NCBI GenBank assembly: GCA_047947115.1
Contig: CP170459.1
Span: 3,392,001 to 3,456,000 of the forward strand
Direction of reading: 5' to 3'
Source of the DNA: Verrucomicrobiota bacterium
Lineage (GTDB): Bacteria; Verrucomicrobiota; Verrucomicrobiia; Limisphaerales; AAA164-E04
DNA length: 64,000 nt
Within the stretch, counting starts at the first letter, position 1; each line of letters begins with the position of its first letter. Shown in pieces: positions 1 through 10,809 of this stretch. The notes under the pieces are model-generated. The model made no database searches. It saw nothing but the letters and a program-made list of their open reading frames with translations, and had not been told where the DNA came from. The position numbers and the translations under genes are program-made.

Positions 1-75
1 TGAAATCGCCGTTCCGTGAATGCCGGTATCACCAGACTTTCGCAGCGCTCGAAGGATGTGCTGCAGGGTGCTCAT
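1..75 (-). CDS. birA: N-terminus of a probable bifunctional biotin--[acetyl-CoA carboxylase] ligase/repressor (runs off the window)
   Basis: ATG at 75-73 overlaps the nadC stop (ATGA). Reads MSTLQHILRALRKSGDTGIHGTAIS, resembling the BirA N-terminal wHTH start. Only 25 codons are visible. Confidence 0.5.
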   Translation of the reverse strand, partial: MSTLQHILRALRKSGDTGIHGTAIS

Positions 76-935
76 TCAAATGGGGGAAGCTGAAAATCCA
101 AGGCGATGTCCACGGCGGGCGCCGAATGTGTGACGGCTCCCACCGATATGAAATCCACTCCACTTTCTGCGACCATTTGGATGGTTTCCAAATGAATGCC
201 ACCACTGGCTTCGAGCTGACATCTGCCTTTGTTTGCCTCAACCGCCTGCTTCAGCTTGTCCGGCGACATGTTGTCCAGCAGGATGATGTCTGCTCCTGCA
301 TCCATCGCGATAAACGCCTGCTCCAGTGTGTCGGCTTCCACCTCCACTTTGAGTTTTGGATACATGGTCTTTGCGCGCCGGATGGCTTCAGGAATGCTTT
401 TGGTCGGATCAGAACCAAGTGTTGCCAGGTGATTGTCCTTGATCATGATCATGTCATACAGCCCAACCCGGTGATTGGTCGCGCCTCCGCAAGCGACGCC
501 GTACTTTTCGAAGTGCCTCCATCCCGGGGTGGTTTTGCGGGTGTCCAGCAATTTGACTTTTGTTCCTACAATGCGGTCAAGATAACGGCGTGTGAGTGTG
601 GCAACGCCGGACAAACGTTGGATGAAATTCAATGCAGTGCGTTCCGCGGTTAAAATGGCGGCTGCGCTGCCTTCTATCTGGGCCAGGCAATCGCCCGCTT
701 CGAGCACATCTCCATCCTTGCGAAGCAAACGGATCGAGAGATGTTCATCCACCTGTTCAAACGTTATCCGGACAAAATCCATGCCACATAAGACAAGTTC
801 TTCTCTGGCGCGCATTTCGGCTATGGCCATTGCTCCGTCCGGGATGACCGCCAAGGTGGTGGCATCTCCCGTTCCGACATCTTCCTCCAGAGCCTTTTGG
901 ACGGCCAACTGTATTTCCTGTTCAACTAACTGCAC
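72..935 (-). CDS. nadC: Nicotinate-nucleotide diphosphorylase (carboxylating), quinolinate phosphoribosyltransferase
   Basis: Motifs ALEEDVGTGDAT, ERTALNF, DTRKTTPG, HRVGLYD, IKDNH, EVE, ILLDN, EASGGI. Confidence 0.97.
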   Translation of the reverse strand: MQLVEQEIQLAVQKALEEDVGTGDATTLAVIPDGAMAIAEMRAREELVLCGMDFVRITFEQVDEHLSIRLLRKDGDVLEAGDCLAQIEGSAAAILTAERTALNFIQRLSGVATLTRRYLDRIVGTKVKLLDTRKTTPGWRHFEKYGVACGGATNHRVGLYDMIMIKDNHLATLGSDPTKSIPEAIRRAKTMYPKLKVEVEADTLEQAFIAMDAGADIILLDNMSPDKLKQAVEANKGRCQLEASGGIHLETIQMVAESGVDFISVGAVTHSAPAVDIALDFQLPPFE

Positions 936-991
936 GGGCTTGGACAGTAAGGAAGGGATTGAATTTTGAATAGTGATTTTTGAAACGTGAG

Positions 992-2488
992 TTACAAACC
1001 GTGTTCAGGTTTGGGGAGGGATTCGATAGGTGATCCGTCCGCGCGGCCTTGAGTCCAGGCTTTCAGGTTTTGCAATCGCTGAAGTCCGTTGACATAATAG
1101 TGGTCGGGCAGGGAATCAAGGTGATCCTGAAAACGGTGCTTGATCCTATCTGATAGATCTCCAGTTGCTTCCTTGTTTAACCACAGGTTTTGGATTACCC
1201 TGGCGAGTTCTATCCCGATACTTTGATGACCCTTAATGGTGGGATGCACATGATCCACCAGGAATTCACTGCTGGTGATCCCTGTGGGAGTGCTTAGCCG
1301 GGCAGTATGCTGCAAGTCATGAAACGGGACATGATGAAGTTCTGCAAGAGTCATCAGTGTCGTGCGCATGTCGGACCGGATCCGCAATGGGCATATGTCT
1401 TCCTCAAGCGCTTTTTCGAAACACAGCTTGGCTTCTTGAAATTTGCCGGTTTGATAAAGAAGATGACCGGTTTTATACCAGACCATGGCATGCCGGAAAT
1501 CCAATTGAAGAGCTGCTTTCAGGAGATTCAAAGCCTCCGTCATATTCCCATTTTCGATTTCAGTTGAAGCTGCGGTCAGTTTGTTTTCCCAGTCAATGAG
1601 TTTTGAGGAGTCAAAGTTTGTCTGATGTTGCGATTTGAATGGCGGGGAATCTTTGAGATTCACACAGGGACTGAGAAGCAGCATGGGGATGTTGGCTTTT
1701 TGGCAAGTTCGAATCATGCTTTGGACGTTCACCTGAAAATGTGCTTCCACGGACTGCCACCAGGTTTCATTTCGATGGTAGCGTTCAATGCCTCGTTCAT
1801 AATCCAACATGGCATCTACCTCGGGGCCCAGCATTCCCCTGGGTGTTTTGAAATGTGCCCACTTTGTTCCAAGGGTCAGGGCGGAGCGAACGACTGCGGA
1901 TTTGGAGAGAATCTGCAAGGCGGGCTCCAAGACAGGTAAAGATTTTTTCGTGTAAGTGTAGCTGCGATCTTCGAGAAACTCGTTGTTTCCAGTGCAGAGA
2001 AGTATCAGGTCGGGATCGTATTGCAGGCATTCTTTCAGTATGGGAACCAGTCGATAACTGGCATAGGACACCCCGCCACAATTGATGACCTCCACGTTGA
2101 GATCCGGGTGCGTTGTTTCTAGGGAGAGACGCATCCAGGTTGTGAACGAAGTTTCGATGGAATAGGGACGCCCTTGAACGGTGGATCCGCCCAAACAAAA
2201 AATGCGATAAGTGTTGGGTTGTTTGCTGGCAGTAAATCCGTTTTGAACGAAAGCGCGCAACCTGTCTTTCCGAATCTGGTAGTGGTCTGTTTGTTGGTTG
2301 AGTTCAAAAAGTGACTTTATTTCGCTGAACCCAACCAGCGGGTCTTCCTCCAGTCTGGCCCAGGATGGGTCAATGAGACTCAGCATGATTTCACCCACCA
2401 GCAAAGGGAGGCAAACCAGTCCCATGGCCGCAAAACGAAAGGGCCACTGTCCGCGCTTGGAGCGGTGCTTTAACGGTACCTGTTCCAC
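992..2488 (-). CDS. SGNH/GDSL hydrolase-like protein with inserted TPR repeats, N-terminal membrane anchor
   Basis: CLGGSTVQG (block I), [14 protein letters not shown] and DHVHP (block V). TPR-like segment [13 protein letters not shown]...[25 protein letters not shown]. Confidence 0.8.
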   Translation of the reverse strand: MEQVPLKHRSKRGQWPFRFAAMGLVCLPLLVGEIMLSLIDPSWARLEEDPLVGFSEIKSLFELNQQTDHYQIRKDRLRAFVQNGFTASKQPNTYRIFCLGGSTVQGRPYSIETSFTTWMRLSLETTHPDLNVEVINCGGVSYASYRLVPILKECLQYDPDLILLCTGNNEFLEDRSYTYTKKSLPVLEPALQILSKSAVVRSALTLGTKWAHFKTPRGMLGPEVDAMLDYERGIERYHRNETWWQSVEAHFQVNVQSMIRTCQKANIPMLLLSPCVNLKDSPPFKSQHQTNFDSSKLIDWENKLTAASTEIENGNMTEALNLLKAALQLDFRHAMVWYKTGHLLYQTGKFQEAKLCFEKALEEDICPLRIRSDMRTTLMTLAELHHVPFHDLQHTARLSTPTGITSSEFLVDHVHPTIKGHQSIGIELARVIQNLWLNKEATGDLSDRIKHRFQDHLDSLPDHYYVNGLQRLQNLKAWTQGRADGSPIESLPKPEHGL

Positions 2489-3330
2489 ACTTCAGGGACG
2501 GCCACCCACATTTCCGGACGTTTTGGATTGGCGTCCCAGTTTTCCTGAATCCAGACTTTTTCCTTGCGAATCTTTTCGGCGTGGCCGTCGTAGAATCCGA
2601 TGTTGGCTCCTTCATTGTGGCGGTAGAGCGTCGGGCCTCCGTTGCCGGCGTTTTTATAATCCTGCACGCTGCCGGTTTGGCCGAGTTTGTCCCATCCGGT
2701 GACATAATTGGCCCCTTTCCAGTGGGACCACCAGTCGTCGCCGTCATGGAAAATCAACTTTTCCGAAGGACTTTGCACGGCAGTCATCTTGTGGCCGGCA
2801 TGATCGCTGCTGGCCAGAGCCCAACCGCGACCGTCCGAGGGATACCAATCTTCGAAATTGTAACTGTAGCTGGTCAATGTGCCCCGATTCTCAGTGTTGG
2901 ATGCGTTGGGGTTGTTGTTGAAAGCAAACTGCGAGGGGTTGCGGATTTGCTTGTCTGCCGGGCATCGGTAGTCGATGGGGGTTTGGACGATCGAATTCTC
3001 GTTCCTGGAATACCCGATGATTTCGCGAAAGCTTTGATTGGCCATCCAGATTTGCGTGTTGCCCGTTCCCCGATTGAGAGCAATCAGGGGAACCGCCTGG
3101 TCGTCGTGGTCTGTTGAATACACCATGTTGGCAATGGAGAACTGCCGTATGTTGTTCAGACAACCGGTGGCATGCGCCGCTCCTTTGGCTTTGGAAAGTG
3201 CTGGCAACAGCATGCCTGCAAGGATGGCGATGATCGCAATGACCACCAGCAACTCGATCAAGGTAAAGCCTTGTCTGTGGACGTGGGTGGGGCGCTGCCC
3301 GCGCCTCGAGTGGCAGTTACAAGTTCTCAT
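2470..3330 (-). CDS. Prepilin-type N-terminal cleavage/methylation protein with C-terminal H-X9-DG motif (DUF1559-like)
   Basis: [46 protein letters not shown]. Confidence 0.92.
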   Translation of the reverse strand: MRTCNCHSRRGQRPTHVHRQGFTLIELLVVIAIIAILAGMLLPALSKAKGAAHATGCLNNIRQFSIANMVYSTDHDDQAVPLIALNRGTGNTQIWMANQSFREIIGYSRNENSIVQTPIDYRCPADKQIRNPSQFAFNNNPNASNTENRGTLTSYSYNFEDWYPSDGRGWALASSDHAGHKMTAVQSPSEKLIFHDGDDWWSHWKGANYVTGWDKLGQTGSVQDYKNAGNGGPTLYRHNEGANIGFYDGHAEKIRKEKVWIQENWDANPKRPEMWVAVPEVWNRYR

Positions 3331-3389
3331 GGCAAAAATGGGTGATGAACTTCATCATAATGCAATTTGGTTGTTGGGGAAGTTGTTTT

Positions 3390-4775
3390 TCAAAATCTGT
3401 AACACGCGATGCTGTCATCGTTTCGGACGCAGATGACGTCTTGTGTCAGGGCGGGGTGCGACCAAACGATGGGGCGGATACGGAGGTCTTTCCCGTTGGG
3501 TTTGATGAGCTGCATGCGACCGAGTTCGTTGTAACCCTCTGGTGTTAATTCGCAGTCTATCAGGTATCCGGATTCGTTGAAGAGTAGGAATCGGTTGGCG
3601 GGACCATTTTTGATGAGGAAAACGTTGGCCCAACGCTCTTGCTTGTCGGGGTTGCCGGTGGTGACGTCCATTGTCTCCCACAGACGTTTTCCGGATGCGA
3701 TCTCGAGGCAGCGGAATTGACCATAGCTGCATACGCCGTAGATATGCCCCTGATGAAGGAAGGGCGTGCTCATGATGCTGTTGAGGTGGGTTGTGTCTTT
3801 CTCACTTGATTTCCTGGTTTGCCACAGAATGGTCGGAGGATCCTGTTTGAGATCCAGCATTGTCGAGCCGTCGTAGAAGCATGTGAAGTAAAGTTGATCC
3901 TTGTATTGCCTGGGCGTCGGAATCGACAGGGCGAATCTCAAGGGCCAGCGAATGTCCCAATGTGAGGTTCCATGACGGGGATCGATCGAGAAAATACCGT
4001 CGCCGCTCCATATGATGAGTTCCTTCCTGCCTTTGCGTTCGATCAGCGTGGGGGGAGCATATCCCATTTCTTTAAAATTCAACGCACGCCATTGTTCCTT
4101 GCCGCTTGCCACATCGAAGGCCACCACGCCTGCATTGTTTTCGCCTCCGACAAGGCATATGACGGTATTTCCTATCAGCAATGGATGCCCCGCAAATCCC
4201 CACAAAGGAGTTTTCGATTGATAGGTTTCCTTGAAATCCTTTTCCCAGACAATTGTTCCATTCTCGCGGTTCAGAACACTCAATCGCCCCTCGGCACCCA
4301 GTGCGATGACGCGGGTGTCCGTAAGTATGGGGGTTGTACGTGGGCCGGCTGGATAGCTGATGGTGTAAGTTTCCGGGTATCGGTGCTGCCAATTGATTTC
4401 TCCGGTTGCAAGGTCGAAACAAACGATTCCTTCGGATCCGGGAAGTGTCCCTCTGGCAAAAACATCGGTTGGCCCCTTTTCACCTCTGTTCAAATGCCAA
4501 TCCATCACCACGACCACATTGCCATCAATGGACGGGCCGCTGTAGCCGCTGCCAAGTTCGTGTTTCCAGGCAGGCTGGAGAGGTTTGTTGTTCAGGTCCA
4601 ATGAACGTTCTTCGTCTGCCCACACTGAATCCGCGCCGTCTCCCAACCAGGCTTTCCAGGATAAGTTTTCCCCTGCACTCAGTGAACTCACCGCATGGAT
4701 GCTCAGAAGGAATATGGCGAATGCGATTTGCATGGGATATTGGTTGGAACTTGGATTGAATGGATTTGTTTTCAT
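3390..4775 (-). CDS. PQQ-like beta-propeller repeat protein (BamB-like family), secreted
   Basis: Repeated DxxTGExxW motifs, GSGYSGPSI, GPRTTP, C-terminal WSHPAL...VRND. Start uncertain (4775 or 4733). Confidence 0.85.
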   Translation of the reverse strand: MKTNPFNPSSNQYPMQIAFAIFLLSIHAVSSLSAGENLSWKAWLGDGADSVWADEERSLDLNNKPLQPAWKHELGSGYSGPSIDGNVVVVMDWHLNRGEKGPTDVFARGTLPGSEGIVCFDLATGEINWQHRYPETYTISYPAGPRTTPILTDTRVIALGAEGRLSVLNRENGTIVWEKDFKETYQSKTPLWGFAGHPLLIGNTVICLVGGENNAGVVAFDVASGKEQWRALNFKEMGYAPPTLIERKGRKELIIWSGDGIFSIDPRHGTSHWDIRWPLRFALSIPTPRQYKDQLYFTCFYDGSTMLDLKQDPPTILWQTRKSSEKDTTHLNSIMSTPFLHQGHIYGVCSYGQFRCLEIASGKRLWETMDVTTGNPDKQERWANVFLIKNGPANRFLLFNESGYLIDCELTPEGYNELGRMQLIKPNGKDLRIRPIVWSHPALTQDVICVRNDDSIACYRF

Positions 4776-4887
4776 GTTGGGTCGGTTTGGTTCTTCACTT
4801 GTTTGTGTGCTTTTGAACATCAAATGATCGGACACCTGTTTGTTTGGCGATGGGGCCGTCATTCAACCTCAGAAATCACTGATCATT

Positions 4888-6228
4888 TCATGGCTGCTTT
4901 AAGAGATGGGCGGGGCGTGTTTTGTCAAAGTCCGTGATGACTTTCTGCAGCATGGAAAAGATGGATCGATCTGCTTCCGAGGCAGCGTCTGAGGGGAGGG
5001 GTTTCAGATCATATGGTACACGACTGTCGAGAAATTCAAAAGGTGCATTTGATCCCTTGCGCCGAACAAGATGGGTCCTTGTGCGGGCGATGACCTGCGC
5101 TTTTTCCGTATTACCGTCGCGCGCATACCAGAAATAGGCCCATGGCTTGTTGCGACTGGAATGCCCTTGCAGGGTTGGCCATAAACTGACTCCGTGATGT
5201 GGGTGGTTGGTCGGGAGTTTGGCTCCGGTCACGTCGCAGATGGTCGGCAGGATATCGGTGAAATCAACGAGTTCATCGCTGACTGTTCCGGGGCTCACAT
5301 GTCCGGGGTAACTGATCATCAAAGGAACACGCGTGCCGTTGTCGTTCATCTGTCCCTTGCCGCCGGGGATTTTCCGGCTCATCCAGTCGCTGACCACCGG
5401 TTCGTCTGTGCCGTTGTCGCCGGTGAAGAGGATGATGGTGTTTTTTCTGAGATTCAGTTCGTCAAGTTTTGAGGTGATACGGCCGACGATGTTGTCCATG
5501 TGATGATCCATGTCCGCGAAATACCTGGCATCTCCCTTGTAGGTTTCGCTGCCGGGGGAGGTAGGATCCCAGTCGGGTGTTCCCGGGGTGGGGATGAAAG
5601 GGCAGTGTGTGAGGATCATCGGGTAATAGAGGAAAAAAGGTTCATCCTTGTTTTCCTCGATGAAATTCAATGCAAAATCCGCAGCGATATCGGGGCCGAA
5701 TTCTCCGTTGTTGAAGTCTTTGAATTCCCCGTTGATTTCCATGCGGGGATTGCTGAACCGCGTATCATGAGGTGAACCCTTACGTGTTCTGCCTCGCAAA
5801 TGTTGCCACAGGCAGGATTGTTCAAAACCAAAATGCTGCGGACTGTCCAGTTCCTTGCCCAGTTGCCATTTTCCAACAATGCAGGTGCGGTACCCGGCGT
5901 CCTTCATGATGTGTCCGAAAGTGGTTTGATTCCGGTCCAGAAAACCGAATCGTATGTAGTTGCGCACGTTATATATGCCGGTCATCAGTTTTACCCTACT
6001 GGGGGTGCAGAGCGGATTGGCAAATGCGTTGGTGAATCGCATGCCTGTGGCGGCCAGTTGATCCAGGTTGGGTGTTTGATACTTGTCCGCACCGTTGACT
6101 CCCAGGCATTCATAGCCCAGATCGTCGGCCATGATCAGCACGACATTGGGTTTTTCTCCCTGAGAGGAGAGGTGCAATAATAGGAAACTGAAGGCAACAA
6201 GCAGCCAAATGCGTGTGTTGGTGGACAT
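4888..6228 (-). CDS. Arylsulfatase family (Cys-type, formylglycine-dependent) sulfatase
   Basis: KPNVVLIMADDLG, CTPSR signature, GKWQLG, GDNG. Signal peptide follows the ATG at 6228. Confidence 0.93.
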   Translation of the reverse strand: MSTNTRIWLLVAFSFLLLHLSSQGEKPNVVLIMADDLGYECLGVNGADKYQTPNLDQLAATGMRFTNAFANPLCTPSRVKLMTGIYNVRNYIRFGFLDRNQTTFGHIMKDAGYRTCIVGKWQLGKELDSPQHFGFEQSCLWQHLRGRTRKGSPHDTRFSNPRMEINGEFKDFNNGEFGPDIAADFALNFIEENKDEPFFLYYPMILTHCPFIPTPGTPDWDPTSPGSETYKGDARYFADMDHHMDNIVGRITSKLDELNLRKNTIILFTGDNGTDEPVVSDWMSRKIPGGKGQMNDNGTRVPLMISYPGHVSPGTVSDELVDFTDILPTICDVTGAKLPTNHPHHGVSLWPTLQGHSSRNKPWAYFWYARDGNTEKAQVIARTRTHLVRRKGSNAPFEFLDSRVPYDLKPLPSDAASEADRSIFSMLQKVITDFDKTRPAHLLKQP

Positions 6229-6369
6229 GCGCCTTTTATATCGACTTAGCTTGTCCTGGGTCAATCTTACATGGAATCCCAAACAGGAATGTGTATTCGC
6301 CGTCAACTCGAATCTGAACGTGGTTTTGGCGTGCAATATCAGGCCCTTGCCCTATCATTAAAGCATCCC

Positions 6370-6849
6370 ATGAAAGAAAAGATTGAATTCACATTAAACG
6401 GGAACCGGCGGTCGATTGTAGCGGAGACGCAGCGCACCTTGCTGGAGGTGCTGCGCGAGGATCTGCATTTGACCGGAACCAAGTATGGTTGCGGGGAAGG
6501 GCAGTGCCGGGCTTGCACGGTCCTGGTGGACGGTCGTCCCGTTCAATCCTGTCTGACGCCGGTTTTAATGGTGCAGGGAAAGGGTGTTTTGACCATTGAA
6601 GGATTGGCGGATGGCGACAGGCTCCATCCGGTGCAGGAGGCATTTCTTCAGGCGGATGCCATGCAGTGTGGTTATTGTGTGCCAGGCATGATCCTTAGTG
6701 CGACGGCATTGTTGGAGAAAAACCCATCGCCAAGTCGGGAGGAGATAGTTGAAGGAATGAATGGCAATTTGTGCCGCTGCTGTGGCTACGTGAATTTGAT
6801 CAGTGCCGTTGAGTTGGCGGCTCAGAGGAAAGGGAAGGTGGAAGCATGA
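6370..6849 (+). CDS. 2Fe-2S small subunit of a xanthine/isoquinoline/aldehyde oxidoreductase-family molybdoenzyme
   Basis: GTKYGCGEGQCRACTV, QCGYCVPG, GNLCRC. Likely start is the ATG at 6370. Confidence 0.95.
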   Translation: MKEKIEFTLNGNRRSIVAETQRTLLEVLREDLHLTGTKYGCGEGQCRACTVLVDGRPVQSCLTPVLMVQGKGVLTIEGLADGDRLHPVQEAFLQADAMQCGYCVPGMILSATALLEKNPSPSREEIVEGMNGNLCRCCGYVNLISAVELAAQRKGKVEA

Positions 6850-9008
6850 GTCACTCTCAGGACGTCACCCGTTTATTATTTTCGGAACCGGAACGTTACG
6901 AACTGGACGAACCGGTCTACTATCAATTTCGTATGAATCGAAGGCAGTTCGGGCACGTTTTGGGGGCCGGGTTAATGCTTTCCTTCATGATTCCGAATGG
7001 ATTCGCCCAACGCAGCCGCCGTGGCTCCGTTCCAGGCCCTTCCGAACGCCTGCACATCGGGGAAGATGGTGTCATCACCGTGTTGACCAGCAAGGTGGAG
7101 GTAGGGCAGGGGGCCAGAACACAGATCACTCAGGCTGCCGCCGAGGAACTGGGTGTGTCCATAGCCCAGATTCGCGTTGTAATGGCTGATAGCTCGGTGG
7201 TGCCGGACGATGGGGGGACGGCAGGCAGTCGGACAACCCCTACGACCATTCCGTCCGTTCGTCAAGGTTGTGCGGCTGCCAGGAACCTGTTGCTGGATGC
7301 GGCTGCAAAATGGTTGAATGTGCCAAAAAATCATCTGGGGATTCAGCGGGGAGTGGTCAGTCTGATTCCAGGAAGACCTGGTCCTGCTTCCAGGACGTTT
7401 TCATACGCCGACCTTGTGAAAGGGGCGCCAGATAATGCTTTGACAACCCAGGTGCCGGCCAATGTGCGCTTGGTACCGGTTCAGGCATGGGCCGTGATGG
7501 GAGTGCCTGTTGGTAAAATCGGGGGACGGGCGATCGTGACAGGTCAGCATCAGTATCCCTCGGATATCATACGCCCGGGCATGTTGCATGGGGTGGTGTT
7601 GCGTCCGCCGGCCTTTGGTGCTGTTTTGAACAACATCTCGATGGAGTCAGTAGCCGGCATCAAGGATGTGGTGGCTGTGAAGGATGGAAACTTCATCGGT
7701 TTTGCCGCCGCCAACCGATGGGAAGCAAATCAAGCCCGAGCCAAGGTTGCTGCAACCGCTGATTGGAGCGATGTGCGTTCGCCGTCCAGCGAACAGTTGG
7801 CGGAAGGATTGAGGGATAAATCAAGGAACGGGCGCGCCAACATTCGAGGGAAGGGGACGGCTGGATTGGAGCATGCTTCAAAACAGTTGAAAGCCACTTA
7901 CTACATTCCTTACGTCCAGCATGCCCCCATGGAACCGCGCGCAGCAGTGGCCGAATGGGCTGGGAATACGCTGACGGTCTGGACCGGTACTCAGCAGCCA
8001 TCACGTGTTCAAGGTCAGTTGGCTGAAGCATTTGGGTTGAGGACGACTGACGTGCGAGTGATTGTTCCCGATACGGGAGGTGGTTTCGGTGGAAAACATA
8101 CAGGAGAAACAGCGGTTGAAGCTGCGCGGTTGGCGAAGGAAGCCGGGCGTCCGGTGTCGGTTCGCTGGTCGAGGGAGGAGGAGTTCACCTGGGCTTATTT
8201 TCGTCCCGCCGGGGTCATGGATTTGAATGGAGGATTGAATGATAAAGGAGAACTCACCGATTGGTCACATGTCAATATCAACTCAGGTGGATCGGCACTT
8301 GATACACCTTATGACATTCCCAATGTGTCCACCGAATATCGATCCAGCGATCAGCCTTTGCGCAGCGGGTCCTATCGAGCCCTGGCTTCGGTGGCCAATG
8401 TGTTTGCCCGGGAATGTTTCATGGACGAACTTGCTTTGGCGGCTGATCCGGAAATGGATCCCTTCGAATTCAGGATGCGATACCTGCCAGAAGGGCGTTT
8501 AAAGGATGTGCTCAAAGCCGTTGCGGATCGATTTCAGTGGGGTTCGCGGCGGCGTGCTGTTGCCGGGATGAACAACCGTGGTGTGGGGATTGCCTGCGGT
8601 ACCGAGAAGGCATCTTATTTGGCGACTTGTGCCGAGGTGAGGGTGGATCTGGATCGTAAACGTTATCAGGTGACAAAGATTTTTGTCGCATTCGAATGCG
8701 GTGCCGTGCAGAACCCCCGGAACCTGCACGCACAAATCAGCGGATGTGTTCTTCAGGGCCTTGGGCCGGTGATGGCCGAGGAAATGGAGTTCGAAAACGG
8801 AAGGATCCGGAACCCCAAATTTTCGCAGTATCCGGTGCCGCGCTTCAGAGACGTGCCTGAACTGGATGTCGTGGTGCTCAATCGCAAAGAATTTGACTCC
8901 GTAGGTGCAGGGGAAACGCCGATTATTGGGATCGCTCCCGCAGTGGCCAATGCCATTCACAATGCGTGTGGTCAACGATTGCGGTCCTTGCCTTTGAAAT
9001 TGGGGTGA
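6846..9008 (+). CDS. Molybdopterin-binding large subunit (isoquinoline 1-oxidoreductase beta-like)
   Basis: EVGQGART, HAPMEP, GGGFGGK, GAGETP...PAVANAI. NRRQF twin-arginine-like N-terminus. ATGA overlap with the small subunit. Confidence 0.92.
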   Translation: MSHSQDVTRLLFSEPERYELDEPVYYQFRMNRRQFGHVLGAGLMLSFMIPNGFAQRSRRGSVPGPSERLHIGEDGVITVLTSKVEVGQGARTQITQAAAEELGVSIAQIRVVMADSSVVPDDGGTAGSRTTPTTIPSVRQGCAAARNLLLDAAAKWLNVPKNHLGIQRGVVSLIPGRPGPASRTFSYADLVKGAPDNALTTQVPANVRLVPVQAWAVMGVPVGKIGGRAIVTGQHQYPSDIIRPGMLHGVVLRPPAFGAVLNNISMESVAGIKDVVAVKDGNFIGFAAANRWEANQARAKVAATADWSDVRSPSSEQLAEGLRDKSRNGRANIRGKGTAGLEHASKQLKATYYIPYVQHAPMEPRAAVAEWAGNTLTVWTGTQQPSRVQGQLAEAFGLRTTDVRVIVPDTGGGFGGKHTGETAVEAARLAKEAGRPVSVRWSREEEFTWAYFRPAGVMDLNGGLNDKGELTDWSHVNINSGGSALDTPYDIPNVSTEYRSSDQPLRSGSYRALASVANVFARECFMDELALAADPEMDPFEFRMRYLPEGRLKDVLKAVADRFQWGSRRRAVAGMNNRGVGIACGTEKASYLATCAEVRVDLDRKRYQVTKIFVAFECGAVQNPRNLHAQISGCVLQGLGPVMAEEMEFENGRIRNPKFSQYPVPRFRDVPELDVVVLNRKEFDSVGAGETPIIGIAPAVANAIHNACGQRLRSLPLKLG

Positions 9009-9017
9009 ATGCTCGCT

Positions 9018-9058
9018 AAAAAAAATCCCGACCGGTATGTTTCCGGTCGGGATTTTTT
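9018..9058. terminator. Bidirectional intrinsic terminator between convergent genes
   Basis: AAAAAAAATCCCGACCGG-tatgttt-CCGGTCGGGATTTTTT: a perfect stem flanked by A and T tracts. Confidence 0.92.
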
Positions 9059-9069
9059 GTCGAATGAGA

Positions 9070-10527
9070 TTAAACGTTCCGGACTGAAGGAACCTGAAAC
9101 TCCGGATTGTTGGGATCCTTGAGCAATCGATTGGCCTCATCGGCGTGCTCTCCGACGTGCTTTTCGGTGAGCGGATCGAAGGTCAGCCAGGGACCAACAA
9201 TGTATTCGTTGCCGTCCTCAGGGAGTCCGACACCGTTTTTCATGATGTCGTGTAACTTCAAGAAATGTTCGGTGGCGTCCTTGTTGCCTTGAAATTGACC
9301 GGCTTTCTCATTGAAAGCCATCCGCTGGCCGAGTCGGTAAGAGTTGTTCATGAGATGTCCCATCACACAGGCGTAGTGAGCATCCACCGCATTACCGTTT
9401 GCCATGTCCGGATCACCGGATCGACAGGCAGCGATGAAGGATCCCCAGTTGCCGCCGGGTGTCACGTCTCCATCGGGAATATCGAGCGCCTGGCCTTCAT
9501 TACTGCCGGGCGCATAGTATTTGCCGCGAATGATCTTACCACCATCTTCAAAGTAGTATTCATTTTCGACCTGACGTTGGTAACCGTCATAGTTGACGTT
9601 GCGGACATTGAAGAAGACCTGTTGTCCGTTGGGATATTCCGCAATACCGAACATGGTATTGGGGGTTTCGCCTTGATCCCCCCACTTGAAACGTCCGCCC
9701 AAGGCCATCGCGCGAATCGGATGGGTCTGATCCTTGTCGATCGCCCAACGAGCCACGTCGAGTTGGTGGGTGCCCTGGTTGTTCATGTCACCGTTTCCGG
9801 TCGCCCAGAACCAGTGCCAGTCATAGTGAACGTAGTTGTCGTGATATTGATGGATCACGGCCGGACCACGCCACATGTTCCAATCCACATTGGATGGGGC
9901 AGGGGCAGCATATTCGAATCCGATGGTATCACGTGGTTTGCAGCAATACCCGTAGGAAATCTTGAGTTTGCCATACTTGCCAGCCTGGATTTGCTCATGG
10001 AGTCCCGCGATTTTGGGATCACTTCGGCGTTGGGTGCCGTGCTGGATGACAACACCGTAACGCTTTTGTGCTTCGACTGCCACACGGCCTTCCTCCACGT
10101 CGTGGCTCATGGGCTTCTCCACGTAAACGTGTTTGCCGGCTTGAGCACCCCAGATGGTCATCAGAGAATGCCAGTGATTGGGCGTTGCAATGGAGATAGC
10201 GTCGACCGTCGGGTCGTCCAGGGCACGTCGGATATCTTTGATGCCTTGGCATTTATAAGCTCCCTGCACCTTGTTGTTGACGGAGGCGACGGTTGTTTCT
10301 CGCACGCGCTCATCCACATCCGCCAAGTAGGCGATTTCCACATTTTCCTGTCCCAACCAGCCACTGATGTGACTTTTGCCGCGACCGTTCAAACCGGCTA
10401 CGGCGATGCGCAGACGGTTGTTGGCACCAATGGCCCGCCCGGATGCCTTGGTTCCGCTCAGGAACACTGTGGCACCCGCAGCCAGCGTGGTGTTTTTCAA
10501 AAACTGACGTCGATTGAATCCACTCAT
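9070..10527 (-). CDS. Gfo/Idh/MocA family NAD-dependent oxidoreductase, Tat-exported
   Basis: NRRQFLK Tat motif, IAVAGLNGRG, ATPNHWH, VYVEKP, NQGTHQLD. Start is the ATG at 10527. Confidence 0.93.
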   Translation of the reverse strand: MSGFNRRQFLKNTTLAAGATVFLSGTKASGRAIGANNRLRIAVAGLNGRGKSHISGWLGQENVEIAYLADVDERVRETTVASVNNKVQGAYKCQGIKDIRRALDDPTVDAISIATPNHWHSLMTIWGAQAGKHVYVEKPMSHDVEEGRVAVEAQKRYGVVIQHGTQRRSDPKIAGLHEQIQAGKYGKLKISYGYCCKPRDTIGFEYAAPAPSNVDWNMWRGPAVIHQYHDNYVHYDWHWFWATGNGDMNNQGTHQLDVARWAIDKDQTHPIRAMALGGRFKWGDQGETPNTMFGIAEYPNGQQVFFNVRNVNYDGYQRQVENEYYFEDGGKIIRGKYYAPGSNEGQALDIPDGDVTPGGNWGSFIAACRSGDPDMANGNAVDAHYACVMGHLMNNSYRLGQRMAFNEKAGQFQGNKDATEHFLKLHDIMKNGVGLPEDGNEYIVGPWLTFDPLTEKHVGEHADEANRLLKDPNNPEFQVPSVRNV

Positions 10528-10809
10528 GATGTTTTCTTTGTTACAATAAATCAGGGCACCGTTAACGCATGCCCTTCTTGGTTTACTGGAATGAACCGAC
10601 CCTACGCCGAACAATCCGCAATGTAAAACCTAAAACCGCTTTTGAGTTTGGAATCATGATATGGATTGGTGGCAGTTACTGTGGTCATGCCCGGTTCATT
10701 CTTGCTTCCTCATCACTTCAAGTGGCAATACCCTGGCAAACTCAAACCCGCGCTGTCATTCGCCATTCTAAATTCCATTCCTTTGTTGTATTTCGGTGGG
10801 TGAGTCTTT

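Noticed and set aside
9265..10626. 453 aa + strand ORF
   Set aside because: Antisense shadow of the well-supported Gfo/Idh/MocA gene, with no motifs. The same applies to 37541-38779, 44099-45028, 48373-49266 and 49273-50127.
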